Shown: positions 1 through 9,631, counted from the stretch's first letter. The stretch: 48,663 bases of DNA from Synechococcales cyanobacterium OTE_70_concoct_197_sub (GCA_031375925.1 JANMIS010000669.1:1-48663), one strand, 5' to 3'. The notes: generated by a model from the letters alone, not told the origin. Numbers and translations: made by a program.

Positions 1-270
1 GAGATTCAGTAGGTTCAGCGCACAGGGTAACTAAGTGCGATTGTTGTCAATTAAGGAGATCAAAAATAAGCATTTCTGTCGAAGCAGAATGCCGAACAGT
101 TTGAATATCTCACAAAGGTCTGCAATCGTCTGACGGGGGAGAAATGCAAATACCCGGATATGATGGCGCGATCGAGATTATGCGATCGCGCCCTAGACGA
201 GCTACTAGAGGATACCCAACAGTGCACGGGGTGACTGGCGCAAATTCAACCATTCTTTTAGGCTAAAACT

Positions 271-654
271 ATGACTATTTCTGAGACGGCAAAAAAGACG
301 GCTCAATGGTGGACTGACCAGCTAACAAGCTCGTCGGTAAAGCTCGACAATGGGACAGGCGACACGAGGATCTTTGCTGTTCTAGCGCTTTGTGGGCCTA
401 AAGCTACTTATTCGGCAGAGTAAGTTGAAACATTTCGATCGTACCTAGTGCGACACATTGAATCTGAGCTTGTACAAGGTGGAAGTTGCTATATTGCCGT
501 TGACTATAATCCAGACGACACTTTAGAAAAAGCTGCTGAATTGGCAGGTATAAAGCTAAGTAGTCAGGATCTCCCATGGAAAACATGGACTAGAGCCTGT
601 AAGGATCGCGTGATTCTTTCCCACGGGTACGCCGCCCCGCAAATTGAAATATAG
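271..654 (+). pseudogene. Small phage protein ORF broken by one in-frame TAA (421-423); the 3' part is track ORF 448..654
   Basis: ATG at 271 and ORF 448..654 share a frame. The translation runs ...GPKATYSAE*VETFRSYLVRHIESELVQGG... with no frame change. A terminator hairpin follows at 740. Confidence 0.4.
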
Positions 655-739
655 AGAGGCGATCGCCTAAAATAGTCAAAAGCCCGATCGCAAAAATCCA
701 CTGTAAACGCGGTGATTTTCGGTAATCACGATCGGCACT

Positions 740-763
740 GCCCCAGGAACTCTGGGGCTTTTT
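740..763 (+). terminator. Rho-independent terminator
   Basis: GCCCCAG-gaact-CTGGGGC followed by TTTTT. It lies between convergent genes ending at 654 and 782. Confidence 0.6.
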
Positions 764-781
764 CGTGGGCGATCGATTTTG

Positions 782-1456
782 CTAACGGGTGAACGTGATA
801 ACGAAACTCTTGCTCTCGCCTGAGTAAATCGTCATCAACTCTTGGTCTAGGCTGAATTCTGCGACACCCGCAGAGCCGATCGCGCTTGTTCCCCCACGCA
901 AGACCACTCGGTAGGCTGAAGTGATTGAATTGCTGGTGTTGTTGGTGAAAATCTGGGACCATGGGTTTTTCTGAGCGTCCCCATTGACGATCGTGGCAGG
1001 CCCAAGATTTTGAATCACAAGCCTTTGGGTATAGGCGGGATTAATTAGTTCGTGAGCGAGAACCGCCGCTATCCCGTCCTGCTCTGTTAGTTCCTGTTCA
1101 AATGCCTTGAGAGTCCCCGAGCCTGCATCGGTGATATTGATTGCAGTCCCATCGATCGCATTTGCCAATGTTGAGGCAAGCTTGATTGTGGTGGTGGATA
1201 CCCCGATCGCATAATAATCAGTGTTCGACAGTAGCCCACCGGGAAGCGTTGTTGTGGAGGTTAGACGGATTCGAGAGCCTGTTACCAGCTTGTTTTCGAT
1301 CGTGAAAGTCAGAGTGTCGCTTGCAGCATCGGCTCTGAAGTCGGCATTATCTAGGCGGAGATTGTCTAGGATGGCGAGATAGCCTATCGTGCCCGTGGAC
1401 GCGATCGTATCATTCAGCATCTTGAGTTTGCAGGGATCAGAGTGTTTGTAGGCCAT
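782..1456 (-). CDS. Virion structural protein, fibre- or adaptor-like (224 aa)
   Basis: Last gene of a 5-gene minus-strand structural block. The segment TLTFTIENKLVTGSRIRLTSTTTLPGGLLSNTDYYAIGVSTTTIKLASTLANAIDGTAINITDAGSGT resembles repeats I associate with phage fibre proteins. Confidence 0.5.
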   Translation of the reverse strand: MAYKHSDPCKLKMLNDTIASTGTIGYLAILDNLRLDNADFRADAASDTLTFTIENKLVTGSRIRLTSTTTLPGGLLSNTDYYAIGVSTTTIKLASTLANAIDGTAINITDAGSGTLKAFEQELTEQDGIAAVLAHELINPAYTQRLVIQNLGPATIVNGDAQKNPWSQIFTNNTSNSITSAYRVVLRGGTSAIGSAGVAEFSLDQELMTIYSGESKSFVITFTR

Positions 1457-1464
1457 GAGTTTTC

Positions 1465-2865
1465 CTAAGTAAAGAATTTGAATGCGGTAGTGGCGACGTA
1501 TTGACTCCTTCTGAGCCTCCAGTATTGTGATGTGATCTCAGGCAGATATTCCTTCGAGTTCCCTGCTGTGTCCACAACGCCGGAGACGGTTGCATAAGTA
1601 GTCCATGTTGATCCCGCATTGTTTGAATATTCCAAGAATCCCCCATTGAGATAGGGAGCAATCTCAGGCGAGAAGGTGTTGTCCAAGTCCCCGCCCGCCA
1701 GCATGATTTTTTTGATAGTCAAGGCAGATCCAAGATTGACCACGATCGTAGGTTGCCCCGTCCCGTCCCCAACTGCTGCCCCGGTCAAATGGTTGTCGTC
1801 ATTCAGTGTTGCCCAAGACAATGAATCCCAGCTAGTTCCTCCAGTGCTCGTAACAGTGTAGCTAGGGACCAAGGTTAGGCCCGAAGGAGGTGTAGTCTGC
1901 TTCTGAATGGAGATCGGAGCAACAGTCGAAACAGTGTAGCCCGCCACGTAGTAATAATACGTGGCGGTGATGATGATATCTTGGGTTCCCGTGCCTGCGG
2001 TGTAATTGACGGTTGCTCCGCTTAGATACGAATAATTTCCTCCTTCGTTAACGACGACGTTGACGTATTGCAGATTTGGAGCATCCACTTCCGTCCCAGG
2101 GCCTAAGCCATTTAGTCTGGCAGCGATCGTAAAAGTCTCCCCGTCAGCAACGGTTGTTTTTGATGGTGTTAGCGTGACCGACGTAAATTTTGAGATCGCG
2201 TAAATCTCAAAGATATCTGAGGATCCGGGGTATGCGATCGAGGTGGCTTTAACTTGGAAAATTGCGTCGCCTTCGTAGAACGTGCCATTGAGGACCGTGA
2301 CAAGCCCGGAGGATGATGCCGAACCGTAGTTGCTGTAAGTGCTAGGGACGATCGACCAAGTGACGGACTGATTTACCCCTGACGAGTTGTAATCTATCTC
2401 CACTGAGGCTGTAAGCTGGATCGTTTCTCCAATCTCATAAGTTCCACCACTGCCTTGATTAATACGAACTTCGACAACACCGACTGGTTGAGCATCTTCG
2501 ATTCGGCTAATCCACTGCCCCTTCCCAGTATCGTAGATCGTGATGTTTTTCCCAATTTCAAGAATGGCCGCTTGCATCTCCCCGCCACCTTGGTAAAGCA
2601 CTGGGGTTACAGCGACCGCCCCGCCGCCCATTTGCCCGCCGCATGAGTAGATCGATCGGCTAGTTGTCGAGATCAGCGGGGTAATGATCGGTGCTACAAG
2701 ATTGACCGGGATTGACTTGATATCTGTAGATATTCCGTCGGAGACCCGGACCGATAGGTTTCCGACAAAGGGGGAGGCAGTGGCGGCGATCGTAATCAAT
2801 CCGGTTTGAGCATTAATTGAAAAGCCGATCGGCGGTGCTGAATCAAAACTGAATGTGTAGGCCAT
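1465..2865 (-). CDS. Tail fibre or spike-like protein with Ig-like repeats and a C-terminal discoidin (F5/8 type C)-like domain
   Basis: Start moved to ATG 2865 (MAYTFSF...), 2 nt after the upstream stop (TAAACATG). The protein is Thr/Ser/Gly-rich and beta-type. The C-terminus ...LEYSNNAGSTWTTYATVSG...SQYWRLRRS is discoidin-like. Confidence 0.55.
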   Translation of the reverse strand: MAYTFSFDSAPPIGFSINAQTGLITIAATASPFVGNLSVRVSDGISTDIKSIPVNLVAPIITPLISTTSRSIYSCGGQMGGGAVAVTPVLYQGGGEMQAAILEIGKNITIYDTGKGQWISRIEDAQPVGVVEVRINQGSGGTYEIGETIQLTASVEIDYNSSGVNQSVTWSIVPSTYSNYGSASSSGLVTVLNGTFYEGDAIFQVKATSIAYPGSSDIFEIYAISKFTSVTLTPSKTTVADGETFTIAARLNGLGPGTEVDAPNLQYVNVVVNEGGNYSYLSGATVNYTAGTGTQDIIITATYYYYVAGYTVSTVAPISIQKQTTPPSGLTLVPSYTVTSTGGTSWDSLSWATLNDDNHLTGAAVGDGTGQPTIVVNLGSALTIKKIMLAGGDLDNTFSPEIAPYLNGGFLEYSNNAGSTWTTYATVSGVVDTAGNSKEYLPEITSQYWRLRRSQYVATTAFKFFT

Positions 2866-2867
2866 GT

Positions 2868-4736
2868 TTAAACTCCGCCCCCGGCTGAAACCTGAATATA
2901 GTTTACCGTGCCAGTTTGCAGTGCGATCGTAGTCGTTGGTGCAATCAACTGCAACACGGGGGTAATTCCAGCAGCGGGAGCCACGGGAATATACGGCGCA
3001 AGGACGATCGGCGAGGGCACTGGGGGCGAGAACTGGTTGATCCTGCCACAACTGAAACTGATTTCAGCCTTGGTTTTAGCGTAGGAGATAATCACCGCCT
3101 CAAAGCCGAAATCTCCATCGTAGACGCGGGCACGACCGACGATCGGGCATCCTGCAATAAAGTATTCGGGTAGTGATCCGATCGGCATTGAGACCTGTAC
3201 AGCGTTGCGTCGGCGTTCCTCTCTTCGGGCAATCTGCATGGCTAATTTATCCCCGTGTTTTTGGCTGGGGATAAAGCCGACCTCCTCAATGTGCGGGTCT
3301 TTGATCAGGGGATACCATCCATTGTAAAGAACTTCGGCCTCAGCCTTAATCACCTCAGTGATTAGCGGGACTTCGGCCCCTGGTTGTGCCGCTTCTAGCT
3401 GTGGTGCCGACGTGACGCATGACGCTTTCCCCGTTTTTGGATCAGCCGTGCCACATTTGCCAGTGTTCCGATCGTTCTTCAATTCTTCTTTGCTGACCCA
3501 CATCAAATTAAGGTTCTGAGGGTCTTTATCGTTCACTGTGGCGATCGGGACAATGCGGGCGCGAAGCGTTGGCCCTTCGATCAGGATTTCCGCAACAGAG
3601 AAGTTCCCGTCTTCCCCAAATTTTGTATTGATTCGACCTCGAGGCCATTCTTTCACGGTCACAGTAGCGATCGGGGTCATCTCATCGTAACCCTTGCAGG
3701 TAAAAGGATTTGACTTATTGACAAACACTTGGATATCGTAGGAAACGCCTACGTCAACGCCACCGTAATCAAAAAACGAAATGTAATCGACAACGCCGCC
3801 CATCCACTCCTTGTCGAGATAGCGGTACATGATCGTCTTGCGTTCTGCGATCGTCTCATCAAGTCGGGGTGATTTCTCGAAAACCTCTTTGTACGGCTTT
3901 TTCTCCTCAGTTGTCTGAATCTTTGTCCTCCCCTTCGAGTCCACATACTTATTGTGGTCAGGACTAGGAGTACAGCCGCACTCATGAGGATCGGGAACTT
4001 GCCGGGAACCCGTGACGATAACCTTTGGCGCGGCGAAGTTGATATTTTGGATGTCCGGTTCCCACACGACATCCCCGATCGATCGGCTAAACAAAATCGG
4101 ATAATCTTCGGGAGTGCCGGATACAGTCACGATCGATTCGGTGCTGTCCACCGTCAGCCATTGCCAGTTCACACCGCAAAGTTTCTGCACATCGGCGATC
4201 GGGTTTCTCGTGGTCATCGCACTGTCAAGCACTCCGGTAATTCCGGTAATGGTGCGCGTCATCTTCTGAGGGCTGTCAAGTTGAGCGGTATCGATAAGCT
4301 TTTCGATTACTTCTTTGAGCGGGACTTGCTGACCGATCTTAAGTTCCGGCGTCATCGCGGGGCGAGTCTTATTCAACGATTCGCAGAACTGGATCAGAGT
4401 GCCTTCCCCCGTTCGTGTCTGTGGGTTCCATGTGTATTTGTCGATTCGCATCCGGGGAAGACTGTAATAAGTCCCACCAAACTCGATCGCAATCGTCACC
4501 GAGCTTTGACTTGGCCGCCACAATGTTGGACTGGTTAGCGGGTCCATTAGAGAGTCGGGAAACTGAGTATAGTCCCGGCCAGTCATGCCACATCCGATCG
4601 TGAAACTGCCCTGCCAGCAACCATCAGAGTTAATTTCAAGAGCCTTCGAGTGGATGTTCCAACCGTGAACGATCGTCGTCACATCCAGAGTGCCGACAAT
4701 GAACCGAAATTTTGGAGGAGTGTAATTTAGTGGCAT
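2868..4736 (-). CDS. Large tail-associated structural protein (622 aa)
   Basis: Long uninterrupted ORF abutting the neighbouring genes (stop 2868, next start 2865; upstream stop 4737). Function inferred from context only. Confidence 0.5.
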   Translation of the reverse strand: MPLNYTPPKFRFIVGTLDVTTIVHGWNIHSKALEINSDGCWQGSFTIGCGMTGRDYTQFPDSLMDPLTSPTLWRPSQSSVTIAIEFGGTYYSLPRMRIDKYTWNPQTRTGEGTLIQFCESLNKTRPAMTPELKIGQQVPLKEVIEKLIDTAQLDSPQKMTRTITGITGVLDSAMTTRNPIADVQKLCGVNWQWLTVDSTESIVTVSGTPEDYPILFSRSIGDVVWEPDIQNINFAAPKVIVTGSRQVPDPHECGCTPSPDHNKYVDSKGRTKIQTTEEKKPYKEVFEKSPRLDETIAERKTIMYRYLDKEWMGGVVDYISFFDYGGVDVGVSYDIQVFVNKSNPFTCKGYDEMTPIATVTVKEWPRGRINTKFGEDGNFSVAEILIEGPTLRARIVPIATVNDKDPQNLNLMWVSKEELKNDRNTGKCGTADPKTGKASCVTSAPQLEAAQPGAEVPLITEVIKAEAEVLYNGWYPLIKDPHIEEVGFIPSQKHGDKLAMQIARREERRRNAVQVSMPIGSLPEYFIAGCPIVGRARVYDGDFGFEAVIISYAKTKAEISFSCGRINQFSPPVPSPIVLAPYIPVAPAAGITPVLQLIAPTTTIALQTGTVNYIQVSAGGGV

Positions 4737-4997
4737 CTATTTTGGCTTTTGGCTGGAGAATCCGGGTAGGCCGATCGTGCTACTGGCAATGGCAACCGGG
4801 GGGATAGCGTCAGGGTCAGAGTTGCTGATCCAGCGTTGCCGCAGATCTCCGCCGTCGGGAGATTCTAGCAACCGATCGCCCGTCACGGGGTCACGACCGA
4901 CCATAGTTGCGATCGTGTTCACTGGCAGGTCACGGCGCGATCGGATGGCTCCGATCTGTAGCGATTCTTGCTGTGCTCGGATTTGATATCGGTTCAC
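4737..4997 (-). CDS. Small protein of the tail module (86 aa)
   Basis: Sits between two large structural ORFs with 0-3 nt spacers. Confidence 0.5.
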   Translation of the reverse strand: MNRYQIRAQQESLQIGAIRSRRDLPVNTIATMVGRDPVTGDRLLESPDGGDLRQRWISNSDPDAIPPVAIASSTIGLPGFSSQKPK

Positions 4998-5000
4998 GCG

Positions 5001-6542
5001 CTATCTCCCAACGTATGAGGCGGTATATAGTATCGTTGCTCCTGCGGGGATGCCCCAGGCGGATAATGTCACTTCTTCAAAAACCCCGTCAATTAGCGAG
5101 CTTTTGCTATAAACATCGTAAACCCGAACTTGATATTCTGACTCTCTGCCAAGATGCTTGTACTTGGCAGGGTCCAACACTCTGCCAAAAAGGCCTAAGT
5201 CCCCCAAGTCTGTGATTCTTGGGGAATTGAACGTGGGCCGGGTACTTCTAAGCGAAGCGTTGCGCCCAAAAAAACCTAATGTGTTATTCCCGAAATACGC
5301 GTAGTCGAAATAGCCTAGGGGGTCGGGATCGATCGGCGTTTCCCCAGTGGCTGAAAACAGAATAGTGTCGGTCCGACCATCCGATACTAAATAATCTATG
5401 GTGATAGGGTAGGTGAAAATATTTTTAGCGCCATGGGTGGAAGTGGCTCTGTTGTCTGCATATTCTGAGTATTGTGAATTTATCCTAGAAAATAATGATT
5501 GGGTCCGATCGCGATAAAAAATCTTAAAGGAATTCAGGTTTTGTTGCTGGTATGTACGGACAGCGTAACCGTCGGTTAAACCCCCTGTTATTAATGGAAA
5601 GTATTCAGAACTTGAACTGAACGAGTCGCTGTTCTTTTTGCTGGAGTATGGGGCGGGGTATATCTCTTCTGAGACATCCCCTCGGTCATTCCTATTGCCT
5701 GTCAGACTTCGAGATGATGTGGTGAATCCCGAGCCTTTCGGAGCGCCATCAAAATCCGCGATCGTATTTTTCCAGAGTCGGGTAGAGGTGGCGTTCGGCC
5801 CAGACATAGGGGCATCTACAACGCCTTCGTACCGGAGGAAAAGTCCCTTGCCTAGTCGCTGGGGAGGCACTTCCCCAGCGTAGGCCGTAGAACTTGCAAT
5901 ACTCAACGGCGTTCGGACGTAACTAGGGCTGTTCTTTCTTCCCCCTTCAACAGCGAACCCAACTAATGGGACGGGATTATTGATGCCGTATGACGCTTCC
6001 CAGCCTTCCCCATCACCCCAAATTTGGGCATACTTTTCAATTTCTAAGATATTGTTCTTGATATTGAGTGGCAGCAGAGAAAATGCCGTGTCAACACTTA
6101 TTCCGTCGGGGATGGGGTTGTAAATTAATTCTGGTTCTTCCTGATGGCCACCCACATAGAGTTGATGCTTGTGGATGTACAAAATCCAAATCTTCCCTGG
6201 CTTCTTTTTCTTTGGCACTTCGCAATTGAAAAGCTGCCCATTCAAGTAGCCGGGGCAATGCGGAAATGCAGTGGGAGGTCTAATCACACTCCCTTTCTCG
6301 GAGTCAAGCCCGATCGTCCCGTCCGTCCGTGGCAATGCCAACACACGATCGCCATACTGTTCCTGAGCGTTATAAACTTTCACGCCGCCTTGAGATATCC
6401 CCCCGTCAGCATCCAAGACTTCATGCCGCCCTGTGAGCGGGATACGATCGCCAATCCGCACGATCGATTCCGCCTCTCTGCGTTGCCCGATCGCCTGCGT
6501 TTGTTCCGCGACTTGCTTGGCTCTGATTTCTTCGATTGACAT
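5001..6542 (-). CDS. Tail-associated structural protein (513 aa)
   Basis: Start moved to ATG 6542 (MSIEEIRAKQ...). It is the first gene of the minus-strand structural block. Function inferred from context only. Confidence 0.5.
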   Translation of the reverse strand: MSIEEIRAKQVAEQTQAIGQRREAESIVRIGDRIPLTGRHEVLDADGGISQGGVKVYNAQEQYGDRVLALPRTDGTIGLDSEKGSVIRPPTAFPHCPGYLNGQLFNCEVPKKKKPGKIWILYIHKHQLYVGGHQEEPELIYNPIPDGISVDTAFSLLPLNIKNNILEIEKYAQIWGDGEGWEASYGINNPVPLVGFAVEGGRKNSPSYVRTPLSIASSTAYAGEVPPQRLGKGLFLRYEGVVDAPMSGPNATSTRLWKNTIADFDGAPKGSGFTTSSRSLTGNRNDRGDVSEEIYPAPYSSKKNSDSFSSSSEYFPLITGGLTDGYAVRTYQQQNLNSFKIFYRDRTQSLFSRINSQYSEYADNRATSTHGAKNIFTYPITIDYLVSDGRTDTILFSATGETPIDPDPLGYFDYAYFGNNTLGFFGRNASLRSTRPTFNSPRITDLGDLGLFGRVLDPAKYKHLGRESEYQVRVYDVYSKSSLIDGVFEEVTLSAWGIPAGATILYTASYVGR

Positions 6543-6602
6543 ATTTGGGGAAGGGTGATATTTAGCCGATCGCCTTATAATATTAGTTGAACTTCCACAG
6601 TT

Positions 6603-7001
6603 GTGGAACAATTTGGGAGGGCTTCGTTGGATATCACGATCGGCCTATCAACGAAAGAAGCCTTCGATCGCCAATTCGAGGCACTTTGGGACAATGGATT
6701 CGGTGCCGAAATGCTGCGCCAACTGCAACCGCGCATCGATCGGCTAGCGAAGGACCACTATTTGGCGATCGCGAACAGTGGCTCCGCTGGAAGTCGAGAC
6801 TCACGCATCGGCATTGAGACGGGGGCAATGTTCGCTGACCTTACGCAGTCCGTCATCCGTAACGATGCGATAATCTTGGATACATCGCTAGATTATGCGA
6901 TGGACCAAGAACAACGACTGGCAGAGTCCGGGCGATCGTTTTTGCCCAGTGAGACTGAAGTTCTGGGCGAATTAAGCAAATTAATATCGGAGCTTTTCTA
7001 A
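6603..7001 (+). CDS. Hypothetical protein (132 aa)
   Basis: GTG start in the track, so the start is uncertain. The stop overlaps the next ATG (7001), giving translational coupling. Confidence 0.5.
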   Translation: MEQFGRASLDITIGLSTKEAFDRQFEALWDNGFGAEMLRQLQPRIDRLAKDHYLAIANSGSAGSRDSRIGIETGAMFADLTQSVIRNDAIILDTSLDYAMDQEQRLAESGRSFLPSETEVLGELSKLISELF

Positions 7002-7471
7002 TGCCCTTCCTCGGATTCGCCCCCGCACTCACCGCGTCAACGGTCTTCACTGTAAACCCATACCTCGCTGCCCCAACGTGCAGGGCGCATATAATCCTGT
7101 CGCACCCATCGGAGCCAAATCAGTTGATCCTCACTCGTGGCGAGGGTGAGCCGTATCAACGATCGACCACAGGGCATTTGAAAGAGGATGGACGATCGCT
7201 AACAGGGTCGGTCAAGATCCTAGGTTCGCAGTACCTCGCCGATGATGCCGTGTGTAATTTTGTGATGGACTATCCCATGATGGCGCATTTCGAGCGGCTG
7301 CTATCGGTTCAGCGATCGTCGCCTATCCCCGTCACCGTGCAGGATAAGTGGGCTAAAAATTATCACAAGGATTTCTTGGCGGCTATTTCGATCGGGGATG
7401 CCAAATGGAAAACCTCGAAGCCGGGGAATCTGTTCTTAGTCCAGTTCAGCTTGTTGGGATTACTGAGCTAG
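7001..7471 (+). CDS. Hypothetical protein (156 aa)
   Basis: ATG overlaps the previous stop. Clean ORF. Confidence 0.6.
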   Translation: MPFLGFAPALTASTVFTVNPYLAAPTCRAHIILSHPSEPNQLILTRGEGEPYQRSTTGHLKEDGRSLTGSVKILGSQYLADDAVCNFVMDYPMMAHFERLLSVQRSSPIPVTVQDKWAKNYHKDFLAAISIGDAKWKTSKPGNLFLVQFSLLGLLS

Positions 7472-7714
7472 GGCGTTCAGATAAGCCGTTCATCGGATTA
7501 TTCCTGAAGCTCTGAGGCTCAAAAAACATTAAAATAAATAGAGTAGTACATTGAATAACGAACACGGAGAATGTGAGTTCGCCCAACAAGGCGCGTGGGA
7601 ACTGGATTGCCACTGCGATCGACTTTGCAGGTGGCAAGCAGTCGGGGCTTACCTGGCTGTATGCAGCAAGCCACTAGGCGAAGAGCCTGAGATTGAAGAA
7701 GTAGAGGCAAGTCA

Positions 7715-8116
7715 ATGGATGGATTAGATTTCATGGCTACGCTGATCGGTCATGGCGTGGTCAAAAACGCCACACTGAAAATTGCGGGCAAACCCCACTA
7801 TTTTGGCTATAAATCTTCCCGATCGTTTTCCGATTGGGTTCATGGGCTAAAAGGCACCGACCCAACGACGATCGATGGCATCATCCGCCTAGCCAAACAC
7901 ACGGGCGGCGGCGGGTTCACGATCGTCAAGGGCGAGGCAACACCGATCGCACCCGTAGGCGCACCTCGGACAGGCGATCGGCGGCGATCGTTTTCGGTGA
8001 CGTTGCGATCGGATGTTGATGCGTGGCTTGGGTCGCAGTCCAACATGGCTGAGGTCGTTCGAAATGCAATCGATCGGGATTATCAGGAATACTCGCAAAA
8101 CAAAGGAGAGAGATGA
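7715..8116 (+). CDS. Hypothetical protein with a ribbon-helix-helix-like C-terminus
   Basis: C-terminal RRSFSVTLRSDVDAWLGSQSNMAEVVRNAIDRDY has a beta-alpha-alpha (RHH) pattern. ATGA overlap with the next gene. Confidence 0.5.
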   Translation: MDGLDFMATLIGHGVVKNATLKIAGKPHYFGYKSSRSFSDWVHGLKGTDPTTIDGIIRLAKHTGGGGFTIVKGEATPIAPVGAPRTGDRRRSFSVTLRSDVDAWLGSQSNMAEVVRNAIDRDYQEYSQNKGER

Positions 8117-8376
8117 TGAGCAATCAAGAAAGAAGCGAAAACTTAGAAGTTCTAGCACGCAGGATTTTAGATTTAGGTCAAACGATCGGCGCTAGATCTG
8201 CTAAAAATGGCCCAACATCCTTAGATGGAATTAGAGACTTCTGCTCTAAAGAATTCTCAGAAGCTGAAGATTTGATCGCGTCCATGAAAGCGATCGGCAT
8301 GGCGATTGAACTTGCGGAACCTGAAGGCGCAAATGTGCCATGGTCGGGAGGTCGTGGAGGCCGAAAACCTTGTTGA
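8113..8376 (+). CDS. Hypothetical protein (87 aa)
   Basis: ATGA-coupled to the upstream gene. Confidence 0.5.
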   Translation: MMSNQERSENLEVLARRILDLGQTIGARSAKNGPTSLDGIRDFCSKEFSEAEDLIASMKAIGMAIELAEPEGANVPWSGGRGGRKPC

Positions 8377-8413
8377 CTCAAGAACATCAAAAATAACGGA
8401 GAGGAGAAAACTA

Positions 8414-8608
8414 ATGATTCAGATAGTGTTAAACCATACATGGCCATGGGCATCAGACAGTCAGCGTATTTGGTACTACTCCCCAGTATCATCTATGGAC
8501 GAAGCCCAATGGCAGACACAAGAATTGCTGCAACGAGGAGTGGCTTGCGTCTCTCAAATTGGGTTAGCTTGTCCACTAAAATCTAGACCATCTGACTACA
8601 CAATATGA
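8414..8608 (+). CDS. Hypothetical protein (64 aa)
   Basis: Internal ATG of track ORF 8306..8608, preceded by GGAGAGGAG. A terminator follows immediately. Confidence 0.4.
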   Translation: MIQIVLNHTWPWASDSQRIWYYSPVSSMDEAQWQTQELLQRGVACVSQIGLACPLKSRPSDYTI

Positions 8609-8609
8609 A

Positions 8610-8645
8610 AAGAAGCCCGATCGTATTAGTGCGATCGGGCTTCTT
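8610..8645. terminator. Bidirectional terminator hairpin
   Basis: AGAAGCCCGATCG-tattagtg-CGATCGGGCTTCT, a 13-bp perfect stem between convergent genes (8608 and 8650). Confidence 0.7.
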
Positions 8646-8649
8646 GTGT

Positions 8650-9135
8650 CTAACGGTTTTCTGCCACCCATGCCCAATACTTCCGATCAATTTCCTGAAT
8701 CATCGCTACATGCACATCCAGCAGAAAAGCTAACTCCGTCGCATCACCCACCGACACAGGCGAATCCTTGAGTAAATCCCACGGGATAGGTGCATCTTCA
8801 CTAGCCGATCGAATTTCCTGCACAACGAAATCGAACAGGGCGATCGGTGTTGAACGTCCACCGATCGCCTCCCCCTCCTCAACTATATTCGGCAACGGGA
8901 GCCAACCGTCAGGAGTCACAGGGGTAGCGTAATCGTCCGCCCATGATCCATCAGGCCCAAAAAACGCGGCACGTTGCCCGATCGTCACACCACCACCACA
9001 CCGAAGCATCACCCGTTCATCATATGGGGCGAGGTCCATCGATCGCCATCCTCTAGGTCTGGCCGTATACGAGATCGATCGTCTTGGTTCGGGTGGTGTC
9101 CAGTCGTCCATGGTTTTCTCCATCGGTATCCCCAC
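8650..9135 (-). CDS. Hypothetical protein, N-terminal part reminiscent of DUF551
   Basis: ...VMLRCGGGVTIGQRAAFFGPDGSWADDYATPVTPDGWLPLPN resembles the ...W.PLP ending of DUF551 phage proteins. This is from memory. Confidence 0.5.
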   Translation of the reverse strand: MGIPMEKTMDDWTPPEPRRSISYTARPRGWRSMDLAPYDERVMLRCGGGVTIGQRAAFFGPDGSWADDYATPVTPDGWLPLPNIVEEGEAIGGRSTPIALFDFVVQEIRSASEDAPIPWDLLKDSPVSVGDATELAFLLDVHVAMIQEIDRKYWAWVAENR

Positions 9136-9245
9136 ATGTTAGCAGGCGAGACACTCGGGGGCTGCCTGCGATGTCGGGCGATCGTCCGCAGGTTCCGCAC
9201 GGGATACGTCCGCCAATCCGCACCGCCAGCCATGCCTCCACACCC

Positions 9246-9281
9246 AGCCCTAGCCCTACGCAGCCCTACAGCCCTAGCCCT
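9246..9281. repeat. Cluster of five AGCCCT hexamers in a 2-1-2 arrangement
   Basis: AGCCCTAGCCCT-acgc-AGCCCT-ac-AGCCCTAGCCCT, read directly. It lies 110-150 bp upstream of the 9135 start. Confidence 0.8.
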
Positions 9282-9341
9282 GCACACAAGGGAAACCCAA
9301 TAAAATCAACGCTTTTCACGTTTTTCGATCGTATTTGCTGA

Positions 9342-9371
9342 GTGAATGTTTTGAGTCGGTGAATGTTTTGA
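9342..9371 (+). promoter_or_regulatory. Two direct copies of GTGAATGTTTTGA (operator- or iteron-like)
   Basis: Copies at 9342-9354 and 9359-9371, 17 bp apart, in a non-coding stretch. Confidence 0.6.
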
Positions 9372-9577
9372 TGTATTTATTGCAGCGGGAGGGGTTCGGT
9401 GTGCCCAAGATTCCGACCGTTCTGAGGGGCGACCGGAATCATTCACAAGCCAGAAAACAGGCAAAATCGCTGAAACCCAGACTGCTGTGAGTAAATACGG
9501 CCTTAGTATGAGACTCAAAAAAGCGGCATGAGTCCGACCCGTGTTTTTTGAAACCCTTGCTGGGCTTGAACCAATAC

Positions 9578-9588
9578 AAAACATTCAC
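9578..9588 (-). promoter_or_regulatory. Inverted copy of GTGAATGTTTT
   Basis: The plus strand reads AAAACATTCAC. It lies in the same non-coding stretch as the 9342 pair. Confidence 0.55.
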
Positions 9589-9631
9589 CGTTTTTAATTC
9601 TGAACGGTTCCGATCGGTGCCAAAAAAACAA

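Noticed and set aside
3954-4538. Long antisense or shadow ORFs inside large genes (e.g. 3954..4538 +, 6144..6539 +, 26233..26721 -, 29887..30480 -, 43703..44248 +, 45929..46438 +, 47771..48187 +)
   Set aside because: Each lies wholly inside a longer, better-supported ORF on the opposite strand. Their translations are Arg/Ser/Pro-rich, typical of CGATCG-rich antisense frames, and they lack coupling or an RBS.
9084-9584. Track ORFs 9084..9341 (+), 9306..9584 (-) and the other short ORFs over 8974-9303
   Set aside because: They have Pro/Ser/Arg-rich low-complexity translations. They overlap the hexamer cluster and the GTGAATGTTT repeats, lack RBS or coupling, and lie in what looks like a regulatory or non-coding hub. 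I treat them as non-coding.
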